Shown: positions 1 through 12,519 of the stretch, one piece after another
Layout of the letters: every line of letters begins with the position of its first letter
Numbering within the stretch: position 1 is the stretch's first letter
NCBI GenBank assembly: GCA_002633005.1
Contig: NMRA01000746.1
Span: forward strand, 105,041-169,040
Direction of reading: 5' to 3'
DNA from: Phoronis australis
Lineage: Eukaryota > Animalia > Phoronida
DNA length: 64,000 nucleotides
Position numbers and translations under genes: made by a program
The notes under the pieces: generated by a model
Database searches by the model: none
The model's input: only the letters and a program-made list of their open reading frames with translations
Told to the model about the DNA's origin: nothing

Positions 1-1057
1 TAAGGATCTATGAATCTCAAACTGTCTCCACGAACTCTTTTATACTTCTATGCAAGTGAATATCGGAACTTGTTTATCTTACTTCTCATACTTTTTATTT
101 AAAAATCATCAGTTTTCCTATATGTGTTAACACCAGTTTAGTGTTGCATAACTTTTCAATTCAATAGGACTGCAGACAAGCAGTTGGCTCAAATCAAGTT
201 GCCCATGACTTGATTAATGGCTTAGTGAACATATTGCACTCTGTTCACTGGCAATATGGGCTTTTTTGTATTGGGATAAGTTAGGATATTTGCCAATTGC
301 ATTTTTTTGAGTTTTGATTTCTTTGAAGATGTGTTTGGCTGAAGTAACCATCCTGTCAACATTAACGGTGAAAAAATACCACCCATTTTTAATGCATCAC
401 TTCTTACAGGAACGACCACCCATAAATTGAGTTTTTTTCTGAAGACCACCACCCATGAATTTTTATTTCTGCTGCCGTCCCCCCCCCCCCTCCCACACGG
501 ATTTTACTGGAACAGCCCTTAAAGTGCCTGTTCATCAGAATGATGCATATTTACTTGGCTGTTGCCACTCTTGGTGATTCGTCAGTTCCAAACATCAACT
601 GTTTTTTCAGGGAAATGGAAGGTGTGCTACTTTTAAGTCCCGTTATCGATATTTTACTATATGCTTATGATTTGATGTAGCTTACATTGAGAAAAAAACA
701 TAAGGCTTTTGGCTATTACACATTCAGAGTACAGGCATTATATTGTCTTGTCGAAAGTTAAGTTCCCTGCAGCCAGCCCTTAATAAAAAATAGATGACCT
801 GATAAGGACTACTGATAAGGTAATTGATAGAATTATCTTGAGCCACATAAACTTACTGGTAGTCACCTGTATGGGCACTAACTGAGTTTCAACATTTTGC
901 CAAATGACAGTGAAGTAGGGGCATAAAGTCCACTAAGAGTCTAGGACCTCAGTGAAAGTATTTGATTTGTCCAGTGGTACTTTTTTAATACAAGCAGGTG
1001 GTCTTCGCTGTCACTGAATGTATTACACTGTGATAATGCTCCTTCATACTATTTGGT

Positions 1058-1298
1058 TATGGTAAAAATTCTCCAATTTGGACCCTGGAAAATTTACTCA
1101 AGGTCAGAGCTTGTGCCAAGTTCTAGAAATAGGCAAAATCGGCCGTCCCAATTTCACTGCAAAATTACCTACTCTACTGGTTGAACCCACATTGTGCGAA
1201 ATTTGAGAAACATGATGATTGTCAAAATCACCCTTGCCCCAAATTCCACAATCAAGGAAATTCGATTTTTGCTAGAGAATTGGGAAATATTTACCATA
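1058..1298. mobile_element. Tc1/mariner-type MITE (copy at 4292-4525)
   Basis: Imperfect TIR tatggtaaaaattctccaatt / aattgggaaatatttaccata with TA at both ends. Confidence 0.6.
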
Positions 1299-1320
1299 GT
1301 TTTATTTTTAAAACACATAC

Positions 1321-1721
1321 CTGGGTCTCTTCCTTCTGGCACATCGTCATTAGCTCCTGAAAATAAACATTGATATTGAGATCATGTTTTAAACTGGTGG
1401 TATTGTTGAATTTCTTATGTGTTATAGTTGCAGTTAATGCTTTCTATATGCAATTGCTCAATTTGCATCTCTTTATTCCTTCATAAACATTCAGTTCACC
1501 CTGCATAACGCATCATTAACAAAAGTTAGGGAGGACATTCCTAGCAAGACGCTCATGCACAAGTTGTTCTAGGGTAACTTGTATTGAGCATATGACTTTA
1601 AATTCTGTTAAAATCTTGCATCTATCATTTTGCTTACCTTGAACTGTTGGATCTGCTGTCTCCAGTGAAGGTGTGGTGTCAAGTAGTAAGTAATGAGGCC
1701 GAGGTTGAGTCTCAGGCGATT
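1321..1721 (-). CDS. Two phase-1 micro-exons: 1721-1638 (ESPETQPRPHYLLLDTTPSLETADPTVQ) and 1356-1321 (GANDDVPEGRDP)
   Basis: tttcag acceptors, AG|gtaagc and AG|gtatgt donors, lengths 84 and 36 bp. Confidence 0.65.
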
Positions 1722-3318
1722 CTGAAAGATGCACAACATGTAAGTATTAAAGACTATTATAATTTTGTTATAGTTCATAAAATAAACAAAATGTCAGGAT
1801 GAAGCAGGATAGTCTATGAAAGAAATGTGTTCTTTGTTTCTTCCACTAAGGATCACAATCTATTTGAAAGAGGGTATGGTTATATAGGACCTGTGCATTT
1901 AGGCGAATATCTTTTATTATAACTTCAACCCAGTAAAAATATATATTTTCTGAAAGTAGAATGCCTGTAGGGTTGGATTTTTGACCTTTTACCAATCTGT
2001 CATGAATTAGTTTATGTGACCTTGTTTTTAGTAAAATTTAGCAGAAAAGAAAGGTATGTTGATAGCAAAATAACAGTATCAATAACAAGAACAATTTTTA
2101 GTTAAATGTTCTGGATGAGATCTCCAAAACGCTGTTTGTTTTCTAAAATATTTCGTTGAATGCAACTTCTGAAAGTAGGAACTTTTTATAATTTGATTTT
2201 TGACTTAATACTTAACAAATGATAATATCTTTTTAGTAAAATCAAGTTAAAAAGAACAATACATTCTCAGCCTAACTACATCTTTTAAATGACCATATTT
2301 CGTTTGATATAAACGTTCAGGATAAAATGTCCAAAATGATGTCGTAGTTTTTCTCACTTCATCTTTGCTCTATCATTTTTTGGTTTATTTTCTAAAAAGT
2401 CCTTGTTTTCGTAACCTCTCGTGTAAAAATGAAACATTCTGAAAACAATTCATTGCACCGTTATGAAGAACTGTGTATAAAGCATAGTATCTGAAAGTTT
2501 CAAATGAATCCAAACAGCCATTTCTGAAATATGTTTCGAAGGTAGCCAAATATGGGCAGTTTGCTAAGGAACTACATAACCTTAAACCACCAATTGTTTA
2601 AATGCATTAACAAGTCATTTGAAATTGTGTTACAGAAGATTGTCGCAAATTTTGTCAGTAATTTAGCTGCTTAGGTGAGTTTTACCAACTCACATTTTTG
2701 CCTTCTTTATTTTAACGCTATGGAATCGATACAACCAGAGGATTTGTTAGCTAACTATATATTTGTTACTTAACAAACAACGTGGAGAGCACAAATATAC
2801 CCTGACAAGGCATTGTTCATGACCAGTTACAAGTTGACACCTGGTGGCATTACTAATCACTGCATCTGGCCAGTCGTAAATGGTAACACCAGTAAACTTG
2901 GTTCCTACAGTTTGTTAAGAGCATCGTTCTGAGCCCACTAGTGCCATAAATTGTCAGATGTAACAAGCCCTTAAAGACCTATTGGCTTGCTTTTGCCTAT
3001 GTCACCATGAGAATCATCTTTTACTTCAAATAGCTGTGAATAACATTCCCATGCATTGGTGCCCTATTTAGACCGCTATTCAATACAACTGTTATTGGTC
3101 TTTTGTTGTTTTGCTTGGAATCTTGCTGTTATGCAATATGGCACAAAAACGCAGCTTCATGTATGATTTGTCAGGCCTTCATTTGCGTAATTGATTTCGT
3201 ATTTTCTTATCTTGTTGAGGCTTTGTCGGGACTACCTGGTTAGCCCAATACATCTAAAATGACAAAATTTCGTTGAAGTAAGGCTTTTAGCGGCCCTGTG
3301 CAAAACATGCAAAACATT

Positions 3319-3742
3319 AGTCCCGTTTAGACATCAAGTTTTGGCCCGGCGCAACTGACACAAAACAAATTGATCGGTGTCAAGTGTCTGTTTACACACA
3401 CAACTCACTAACTGTGGTAAGACGGAAATTGCAGACTGGAGAGACTAGATTGCACATGCGAAGGTTTACAAATGACGAGAGTTGCAGAGACATTAGAACC
3501 CGTACGCAGAACATTAGGCAAGTGCAGTAGAGATGATCCTTTCCGCCTTGCCCCAGTTACGCGTTTAGACATATAATTGACACAGAGCAAGATGTTCAAG
3601 CGCAAATTGCTCTACCTACCAAACAGGTGGCAAAAGTTGTCACCGCTGTGTCAATTTGTTCCATGTCAGTGCCGTTTACACACTGGAACAACTCGTTCCG
3701 TGTCAGTTGATCCCTGTCAACTTTTGTAATGTAAACGGCACT
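3319..3742. mobile_element. PIF/Harbinger-like MITE; inverted copy 31319-31729, partial copy 5557-5790
   Basis: TIR agtcccgtttagac / gtaaacggcact, TWA-like flanks, three homologous copies in the window. Confidence 0.7.
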
Positions 3743-4547
3743 ATCGGCAAATGATGTTGTTAAAGCGCCTGTTCATCAGAATGATGCATATTTACTTGGC
3801 TGTTGCCACTCTTGGTGATTCGTCAGTTCCAAACACCAACTGTTATATTAGGGAAATGGAAGGTGTGCTACTTTTTAAGTCCCGTTATCGCTATTGTACT
3901 ATATGCTTTTGATTTGATGTAGCATACGTTGAGAAAAAACATAAGGCTTTTGGCTATTACACATTCAGAGTACAGGTACTATATTGTCTTACCGAAAGTT
4001 TAGTTCAGCCAGCCCTTAATCAAAAATAGATAACCTGATATAGACTACTGATAAGGTAATTGATAGAATTATCTTGAGCCACATAAACTTACGGTAGTCA
4101 CCTGTATGGGCACTAACTGAGTTTCAACATTTTGCTAAATGACAGTGAAATAGGGGCATAAAGTTCACTAAGAGTCTAGGACCTCAGTGAAAGTATTTGA
4201 TTTGTCCAGTGGTATTTTTTAATACAAGCAGGTGCCCTTCGCTGTCACTGAATGTATTACACTGTGATAGTGCTCCTTCATACTTTTTGGTTATGGTAAA
4301 AATTCTCCAATTTGGACCCTGGAAAATTTACTCAAGGTCAGAGCTTGTGCCGAGTTCTAGAAATAGGCAAAATCGGCCGTCCCAATTTCACTGCAAAATT
4401 ACCTACTCTACTGGTTGAACCCACATTGTGCGAAATTTGATAAACACGATGAATGTCAAAATCACCCTTGCCCCAAATTCCACAATCTTCGATTTTTGCT
4501 AGAGAATTGGAAAATATTTACCATAGTTTTATTTTTAAAGCACGTAC

Positions 4548-4945
4548 CTGGGTCTCTTCCTTCTGGCTCATCGTCATTAGCTTCTGAAAATAAATGTTGA
4601 TATTGAGATCATGTTTTAAACTGGTGGTATTGTTTACTTTCTTATGTGTTATAGTTGCAATTAATGCTTTCTATACACAATTGCTAAATTTGCATCTCTC
4701 CATTCCTTCATAAACATTCAGTTCACCCTGAATAACGCATCATTAACTATAGTTAGGGAGGTCATTCCTAGCAAGACGCTCATGGACAAGTTGTTCTAGG
4801 GTAACTTGTATTGAGCATATGACTCTAAATTTTGTTAAAATCTTACATACAACATTTTGCATACCTTGAACTGTTGGACCTGCTGTCTCTAGTGAAGGTG
4901 TATCAAGTAGTAAGGAATTAGGCTGAGGTTGAGTCTCAGGCGATT
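4548..4945 (-). CDS. Duplicate pair of phase-1 micro-exons: 4945-4865 (81 bp) and 4583-4548 (36 bp)
   Basis: Splice sites conserved; 3-bp in-frame deletion relative to the first pair. Confidence 0.65.
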
Positions 4946-5804
4946 CTGAAAGATGCACAACATGTAAGTATTAAAGAATATTACAATTTTGTTATAGTTC
5001 ATAAAATAAGAAAAATGTCTTCCGCTTAGGAACACCATCTATTTGAAAGAGGGTATGGTTATATAGGACCTGCACATTTAGGCGAATATGATCTTCAACC
5101 CTGAGTAAAAGTATATATTTTCTGAAAGTAGAATGCCTGCCTTTGTAGGGTTGGACTTTTGACTTTTTACCAATCTGTCATGAATTAGTTTACGCGACCT
5201 TGTTTTTAGTAAAATTTAGCAGAGAAGAAAGGTACGTTGATAGCAAAATAACAGTATCAATAACAAGAACAATTTTTAGTGAATGTTCTGGATGAGATCT
5301 CCAAAACGCTGTTAGTTTTCTAAAATATTTCGTCGAATGCAACTTGGAGTTTTTTCATGAAAGTCATAATTGTGCTATTTTCATAGCTCCTCATGCAAAA
5401 GTGGAAACTTTTTAAAACAAATTCTGAACAGCTTTTTGAAAAACAGTGCATAGTGTGTGAATGTTTCATATTAATACGGTCGGCTATTTCTAAGGTGAGA
5501 TGTTCAAAATTTGCCAAATTTAGACTTATTCTGTGGTTTTCCTTTTATTGTATTTGATGCTGTTTATGCTACAAAAGTCGACACGGATCAGCTGACACTG
5601 AACGAGATGATTAAGCTCAAGTGTTGTGCAAATCAAGACTGACACCGAGTAAATTAGCACCATGGTGACAACTTTTGTCACCTGTTTTAAAGGTAGAGCA
5701 ACTTGCACCCAATGATCTTGCTCCGTGTCAAATGTCACGAAACTGGGGCTGGGTGGCAGGGATCATCTCTTATCTCTGCTTGTGCAAAATTGCAATGGAC
5801 ATTA

Positions 5805-7330
5805 TCATTGGCCCTGATAAGCGCCCAGGGCGCTCAGAAAAAATCGTTTCCGGGGAGGGGGCTCTTATTGTAGCCTGTAAAGCGGTTGAAACCCGGTCTC
5901 CAAAATGGGTGAAAGGGGAAGCTGGGTTTCATCAAAATTATGCTCTGTAACGTATTTGTAACCTATGATAGACTTTCTACAAAACTGTGGTGCATTGCTA
6001 TCAAACTTCGTTGTTAAGTTACAATTGGCCTGCTTGTTATCATACGGGACAAAAGACTGAGCTGGGCAGTTAACAAAAGGGCCAGTCATGTTATCGCACG
6101 TTCAGCACCCCTCACGTCTGGAAAAGTTACTGAACGACAGAACGCTGTAATTATTAAAAAAATTGTGCTGAAATCCCACGACGAAAACTTGCGTTGCTGT
6201 CTCGCAATCGTCAATAGGGCAACTTGAATTCTTGAATAAATATACAGTTTCTACTCAACAAATTATATGAGATCCTCCCTAAGTTTTCCAAATTGCTTCC
6301 CTGAGATTTTTAAGTTCCTGTGGTGTTGGGATTAAGTCCAAATCTGCGCTACATCGTACCAAGGAGTGTCCTTGATGGTACCCCACAGAAAAGTCTCTGG
6401 ACGAACACATGCGTGTGTGTGTCATCAGAGTTCATTTGCCAGTAAAAAACAATGCAACAATCTAGGTGTGAATTAACTCAAGCAGTAAAGCAGAACGTGT
6501 TTTATTTTAGCACTTGCTGGTCTCATCTGCTGAAAAGAGTTTGAGAATTGAGTCGGTAAGGCCGATGTCAAATGTTATTGAGTTGCCAAGTGACTGGATG
6601 TATGACAGTATAACAGATATTTTCCGGGAGATTCGGGGTGTATTAGGTTGATGAAGTGGTCGCTGTCAGTCAGTCATTGTGACTTTAAAAACACTAGTTA
6701 GCCTCTTAAACAGAACGCAAAAGTTTTTTATGGTATTACATACTCTTGGAAAATAGTGCCAATATTTATTTCTTACTGATGTTATGCTACCCGTTTCATA
6801 AATAGGTAGTTTCATACTAATGTCTTTGGTGACAGCTGCATGTATGTAGTGTGTGCTTCCTTGCCACGTGTTTTTAACACTGGTCAACTTTTTTATTAAT
6901 ATTCGATTCGCGGTTTTCTCGCATACAAAGAAATTTGGATTCCTGTTGAGGGGGGAGTTATATACGGGAAAGAAACAATACAATACAACCCCATTGACAA
7001 GTACGCTGCATCTGTTTTGAAAGGCCAGACCATAGTGGGACATATTCCTTTCAAGATCAGCATAAATTTTGCATTCTTTTTGAAGCATGGTAGAAGTTTG
7101 ACGTGTATAGTCACAGCTATTAGCGGCGAAGCCCGTGGTCTACAAATTCCCTGCACAATGATTTTTTAGGGCGGCTAGATGTTATTGATATATTGAAGAT
7201 GTAAAATTTTAGAACTAAGGGTAAGGCATTTTTCGCCTGTAGGCCGCGATCATTGGCTGGGTACTTATTTTAGCGAAGTCTGAAAGCGCGTGGGTGGGGC
7301 ACTTATAGGGTCATGGGTGCTTATTAAAGT
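5805..7330 (+). mobile_element. Tc2/pogo-like non-autonomous element, family A, HIRAN-like ORF-bearing copy
   Basis: Colinear with the TA-flanked copies at 16350-17776 and 40823-42235; subterminal taagcgccc/gggcgctta motifs; termini eroded. Confidence 0.8.
6900..7169 (+). pseudogene. HIRAN-like domain ORF (89 codons, stop-to-stop, no ATG) inside family A element
   Basis: YSIRGFLAYKEIWIPVEGGVIYGKETIQYNPIDKYAASVLKGQTIVGHIPFKISINFAFFLKHGRSLTCIVTAISGEARGLQIPCTMIF*. It matches the RG..Y..W / N..D..A / VGH.P pattern of HIRAN domains. Confidence 0.7.
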
Positions 7331-7334
7331 GAAG

Positions 7335-8258
7335 GTGTTCATTTCCGGGCAACATTTACAATTTGCCAGAATCAGCTGTTCTGAGTGCCTTGTCTTAAAC
7401 CTTGACCGTAATTTATTTTGTTAGGAAAATGTCAGAATATTGCTTATATCTAAGCAGGACTTCTGTGCATAGCTTTCAATCAGGAATGCAGCGAATTACA
7501 AATAGACGCCATTTTCACATACAAGACGGGATGCTACCAAATCATGCTTGGGTAATTTTGATGATGTTTTGAATACCGCTAAATGTTGCAAGTGTAAAAA
7601 CTGAGTGAGAAACTGAGAGCGTTAATTTACTTCCCGGCCTGACCCAAGCTGTGAAACTGCTACGAGATGGAGTGTGATTAAATCTAGCAAAACCACGTGC
7701 TCCGTGTGTGCAATTGCTAGGAGAGGGGTGTGTGATAAATTGCTCAATTCAAATCTGGGTTGACCCGGGAGATCTAGCAAAATTGTGCTCTGTGCATGGA
7801 ACTTGTAGGTGCAAATGTCTTCACAGTCCATTCGTGATTGTTACTGCACGATGACTAATCTTGTATAAAAGTTCCAATTCTATAAAAATTACTGAGTTGG
7901 CCTATATTAATTTAACAAAAGACCAGATAAGACGTTTAAGAAAAGGTAGTTGCAGCGGTTAAGTTATTCCAAAAATGCTTGAAAACGCACTTGGCAAGAC
8001 TATCATACGTAAGCATGCGGTGTTTCCCGCAAACATGGAAGTCTGAACCTGAGGCAAAGTTGCAATTAAAGCACAAGTTCAAGCTCAAGTTATATTAGAG
8101 CCGTAAGCTGTTGATCAGGTCGATTACTCGACAAGCTGAATTTGCGCTAATTTGGAGACGAGTGATTACCCGAACAGTGGGTGCTTTTATCCAAATTTGG
8201 CAAAAGTTGGGGGTGGGCAATTACCCGGGCACGGACATTTATTCAGGATTTTATGGTA
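7335..8258. mobile_element. Fragment of another Tc2-like element
   Basis: Ends in gggcacggacatttattcaggattttatggTA, the same terminal style as families A and B; left end not found. Confidence 0.4.
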
Positions 8259-8856
8259 ATCCTTCAGGCTGTAAGAGAATTGTTAACTTCAACAGGCTAT
8301 ACTCACCCTCACTTCCTCCATATGCACTGTCTTGTTGATCTGAAACGAATGCATATGGCATATCAGTCTCTTTGTGTTACATAGGTCCAAATTTTGTAAT
8401 GTACGAAGTATTAGTCATTTAATGCAACCCATGGATATTGTCTTGACAGTTGGGTGCACTCCTTTAATTCACAATTTTGGTTTTAATTCATTCCAAAAAA
8501 TTGAAGTCTGGCTCCCATCAGCATGTAATGTTTACAATTTGTATGATTTGGCTAGATTATAAAGTTAATTTACATGCTGATATCAGTGACCAATATGTTT
8601 TATCTATAGTTGTTCATATTGACTGCTGGTGTGGTAAGGGCGAAATTTACATAGTGCTGTATTACTAACTACCTTGAAAATTATTAGCTACTTGATGAAC
8701 CTATTTAAGTCTCAGTCATTCTCAACTCATAGAATACTTGAAAGGTTATCATAAGATTTGCTGTCTGCATGATGCCCTATTGTCATTTTAATCTGTGACT
8801 GAACAAAGAATTTGTGGTTTTGGTTATGGTTAAAACTCTGTAGATAGCGTACTTAC

Positions 8857-8914
8857 CATGATGTTTATGTTTTTGTGCCCGAGTGGTGAATGGCGTTGAC
8901 TGCTGTTCATCCAT
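8857..8914 (-). CDS. Candidate exon MDEQQSTPFTTRAQKHKHH with phase-1 donor
   Basis: aacATGG context and G|gtaagt donor; a second strong donor lies at about 8949. Confidence 0.3.
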
Positions 8915-10223
8915 GTTAGAAAAGTGACGTCACATTATGGTTTACTTACCAGCCAAAAGGTGGCCTGCCTGACGGGACATCCTGCAAATCTAAAATCCTA
9001 AAAATGTCATTGATGTAGAATCAACAAATATTTTGAACATAACTCAACTTCCAATATGTTTTTACAGTGTGCGTCTGGAATTGTGTTGTTATCAGTGAGA
9101 GATATTCCAGTGCAATAAACGTACTTTAGCACTGCCTAAAGCATTATCTGCCCGTTGCCTGTAAGGTCAAGAAACTTGTGTTAGTGCATGGTAAACATAG
9201 AGTTCAATGTTACTGGCTCACCTGCACAAACACTAGTTTCCTTCTTGTCTCTAGGAAACTACCTGGGTTTCTATTAATGAAGTGTTGGTTGCTGTTTTGT
9301 GGTTATCTTATAGAACTTGCAGAAGCAGTAACCTGTTGCCATGGCAAGAACACAAGTGGTAAACGATTTACTTTATCAAAGTGGTTTTCATTTATTTTAA
9401 ACTTTACTGTCTGTACTTTTCAGCATGCATTACTTTCTCCGGTGAGCTCCCTTGGGTTTTTTACAAAACAATGAACTAGGCTGTTTTGGTGCTTCTGTAG
9501 AGTTTGCAGTGCAAATGTGTATTGTTAGGAGTAAAAATTTTACTATTGTATCAAAATTAATAACATTTTCCGATTAATGACCATGACGGATTTCTAAGAC
9601 CAAATTTGCAGTTTATGTGTATTTGAAGAGTAATTTTCATGTTAAAAGTGAATTTTGTTACATTATGACTTTTCGGTTCATTACCTTCACCATATCACAT
9701 CATGAAATATTTGAACCAAATAAACGTAAAATGGACAAAATAGTAGTTCTGAGTAAAATTCTGATTTGTTTGATGACATCTGACTGCAACAATAAAGACT
9801 GGTTACGATACATGCAAAGTGAAACAGCTTGTCTAGAAGCAATATAAATATTGGGCTTCACTTGAAACAGTAAACCAATGATTTTGCAATATCTTACTTA
9901 AATGTTTTCATCTTTTGAATTTTGATTTCCTTGGCGTTTTTTCCTCAGAAAAGATGCCAAACTTTAGGAATTGTTATTTTTCGGTCTTTCGGAAGTATAA
10001 ACTTTGGTCTCTTTGTCAAGTGTGGTGACTTGTCTCTGTGACCTCTTGTCAAGCAGCTCATTGATAATTTTAAAATCTAAGGCCTTGTTGCGCTGGTAAA
10101 ACAGGTTTCCTTGAATGTTTCATGCAGTGTGTAATATTTTGAACAAAGTACTGGAAGTTAACTGAATTCAAGGTCATCGAAGTTTTTAAAATAAAAACAT
10201 GTCTCTTTAGTGTATTTCGTTTT

Positions 10224-10925
10224 GATTTTTATCCGCCCACGCATTATGCTGTCATTTCCGTCCGTCCAGGCGGCGTCCGTCTGGCGTCCAGCGTTCGCTG
10301 CTCTATCTCCAAAACCGATTGACGTATGTTCGCGAAATTTTGCACATGAGTTTATGTCATGGATGGGACGGCATGAGCAAACTTTCGGATGGATCTGAGT
10401 ACCGGTGTGCCCCCTAGTGGCAATTTCTTTTTTTACATTAACCTCTGTATCTTCAATGGTCCTCAACATATTTTCACAAACTTTGGTATATAGGCATCTA
10501 TTAGTGAGACGACAATATCCTCCCATTTTTGGATGGATTCGACATTGTTTACGCCACCTAGAGGCCATTTTTACTGTTCTTTAGTCTTTTTTTAGCGTCC
10601 ACCCCTCTATCAACCAAACCGCTCTAAGCATGATTGTGAAAATTGGCATGTATGTTCTTACTTATCATGAAGAGGACGGTTCAGGATCCGACGTCTTTGA
10701 CTACTGTGGTGCCTCTTAGTGGAAGTTTTTTTGCGCCTATGCAGTGTTCTCCACATCTGAAAATCTAAACAGGTCGCACGCGTAAAAACTGCAACGTGCC
10801 GCAACCGCGCGGCGGTCAACATTCTCCATAAGCTAGTGTGCAGTTTATTGTGCACCTTATTTTTACCCACGCATTTTAATAACTGTTTATATGCGCTAAC
10901 TGCGAAGCGATACCGAAGCTAGTTT
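10224..10925 (+). mobile_element. Helentron/HINE (DINE-1-like) non-autonomous element; related pieces at 19430-20090
   Basis: Starts in a T-run, has a (TCCG)n-like microsatellite, diverged internal repeats carrying gccccctagtgg, and a 3' end ...gctagttt. Confidence 0.6.
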
Positions 10926-12519
10926 ACAGTGAAACAATATGTGTAGTTGAGATAAAAGGTCATATATATTATGACAAACTAAACTACTACAGATATCAGT
11001 AATTACAAAAGTTATATAACATGTTGAACTGTAAAGGTGGGTGACAGTGTGCCTCCAATGAAGGTGGTGAATAGTAAGTTAAGAAACAATATGCGGAAGC
11101 ATAACAGCAACACCGGGACAGCGACATGGGAAATTTGAGGATAACAGAGAAAGAAAGAAAATTGGTTTGAGGGAGGGAGGGAAAGAGAAATTGAGTGAAA
11201 AATGAAAGTTGGAGCGAATTGTGGACGATGGCCCAGTGTTGCGACAAGACAAAGAGATCATGTGGTACAATTTAACCAATAACCGTAGAACAAAGAGGGT
11301 CACTGACTCGAGAATCCAAACAATATGATAATGAGGACGAAGCAGTATAGCTTACATAAAATTAAATTTATCGTCATTATTTTGACACTTTATTTTGATA
11401 CTAGTCCTTAGGGTTTATTTTGCATTACTCATCTCTATTTATAGCCTCAAGGGCCTACTTTTGTATTCATACGTTTCTCTACGCGACTCCTGCTTGGTCA
11501 CCCATATTTCCATTGTTCAGTTCAACGTGGTCTCTCATTCAGCCACCTACCTCGTCTACAAGACCTACGTTCGTTCTCTTCATTTTCCCCAATCCCCATC
11601 CTGGGTGTCGGTTCCACTTTCTCTTTGCTCATATACATTTCCTGTTAGGTTTTTTCAAGTTTTGTGTTCATGTTCTGTACTTTTCCTTTAAACCCTTCAG
11701 GCAGTTCTTTGTTTTGTTCCCTCTTTCAGGGCTACGGTATTCATTGTACACACCGGTGGGCGTTTTGTCCATGCCCATCTTGCAGAGTCTTAGTTTTATC
11801 TATTTACGTCATAATAAATGACAATATTTGCAATCCTCCTCTTGTTTTACTCTGCAACATAGCTCGTGGCGTACCCCGGGCAAAGTAGATTACGATAAAA
11901 ACACTTATTTTGCTAATTCTAAAACTTTTCGAACAGAATGAACTAAACGAGTCAAAAAGCCTAGATAAATGGTCATACGCACTAACGGCCAGAGCCGAAG
12001 GTACTTTGAAAACACGTCTCAACAAAGAACAAATTAAAAAATGTAAGGTATGGTTTTGCAGTATTTTTTGTCAAGAATTCAAATAAAATATCAAAATCGA
12101 CTTCCGACTAAAAGCTAAGAAGTTGTGTTTTTACAGCTGAAAACAACTGGGCTGAAAGTTTTAAATGCGCTAACTGCGAAGCGATACAGAAGCTAGTTTA
12201 CAGTGAAACAACATGTGTAGGTGAGAAAAAAGATCATATATATTAGGATAAACTTAAATTACTACAGTTATTGATACAAAAGGTATATAATATTTTGTGC
12301 TGTAAAGGTGGATGACAATCTACCACAGATGCAGCAGAAGGATGCATCCACCAACAGATCACACAATGGGGTTAGTTACGTATGGAGATCTCATGCTGAT
12401 AAGTCCCACTGAAAGCGTTTGTACGCTACCAGACACTTTGCTTTGTAAAACGTGGCGCTTCCGAGCTTTACTTCACCAGGCTCTGCAGTGAATGTGTGTC
12501 GTTCTTCCCTTAGCAGGCG

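Larger units (their letters stand above)
520..5345. repeat. Direct duplication of about 1.6 kb (520-2168 vs 3761-5345) containing micro-exons and a MITE
   Basis: Colinear near-identity read directly, with scattered substitutions and indels; no N at the junction. Confidence 0.95.

Noticed and set aside
6666-7156. Minus-strand 140-aa and 86-aa ORFs
   Set aside because: Antisense shadows of the HIRAN-like frame in a repeat; no motifs.
8925-8932. Perfect CRE palindrome TGACGTCA near a candidate ATG
   Set aside because: A single 8-mer is expected by chance in 64 kb; no transcription start evidence.
11050-11823. Purine/pyrimidine-skewed block (also 34930-35850) as solo LTR
   Set aside because: No convincing TG...CA pair with TSD, PBS or PPT could be fixed.
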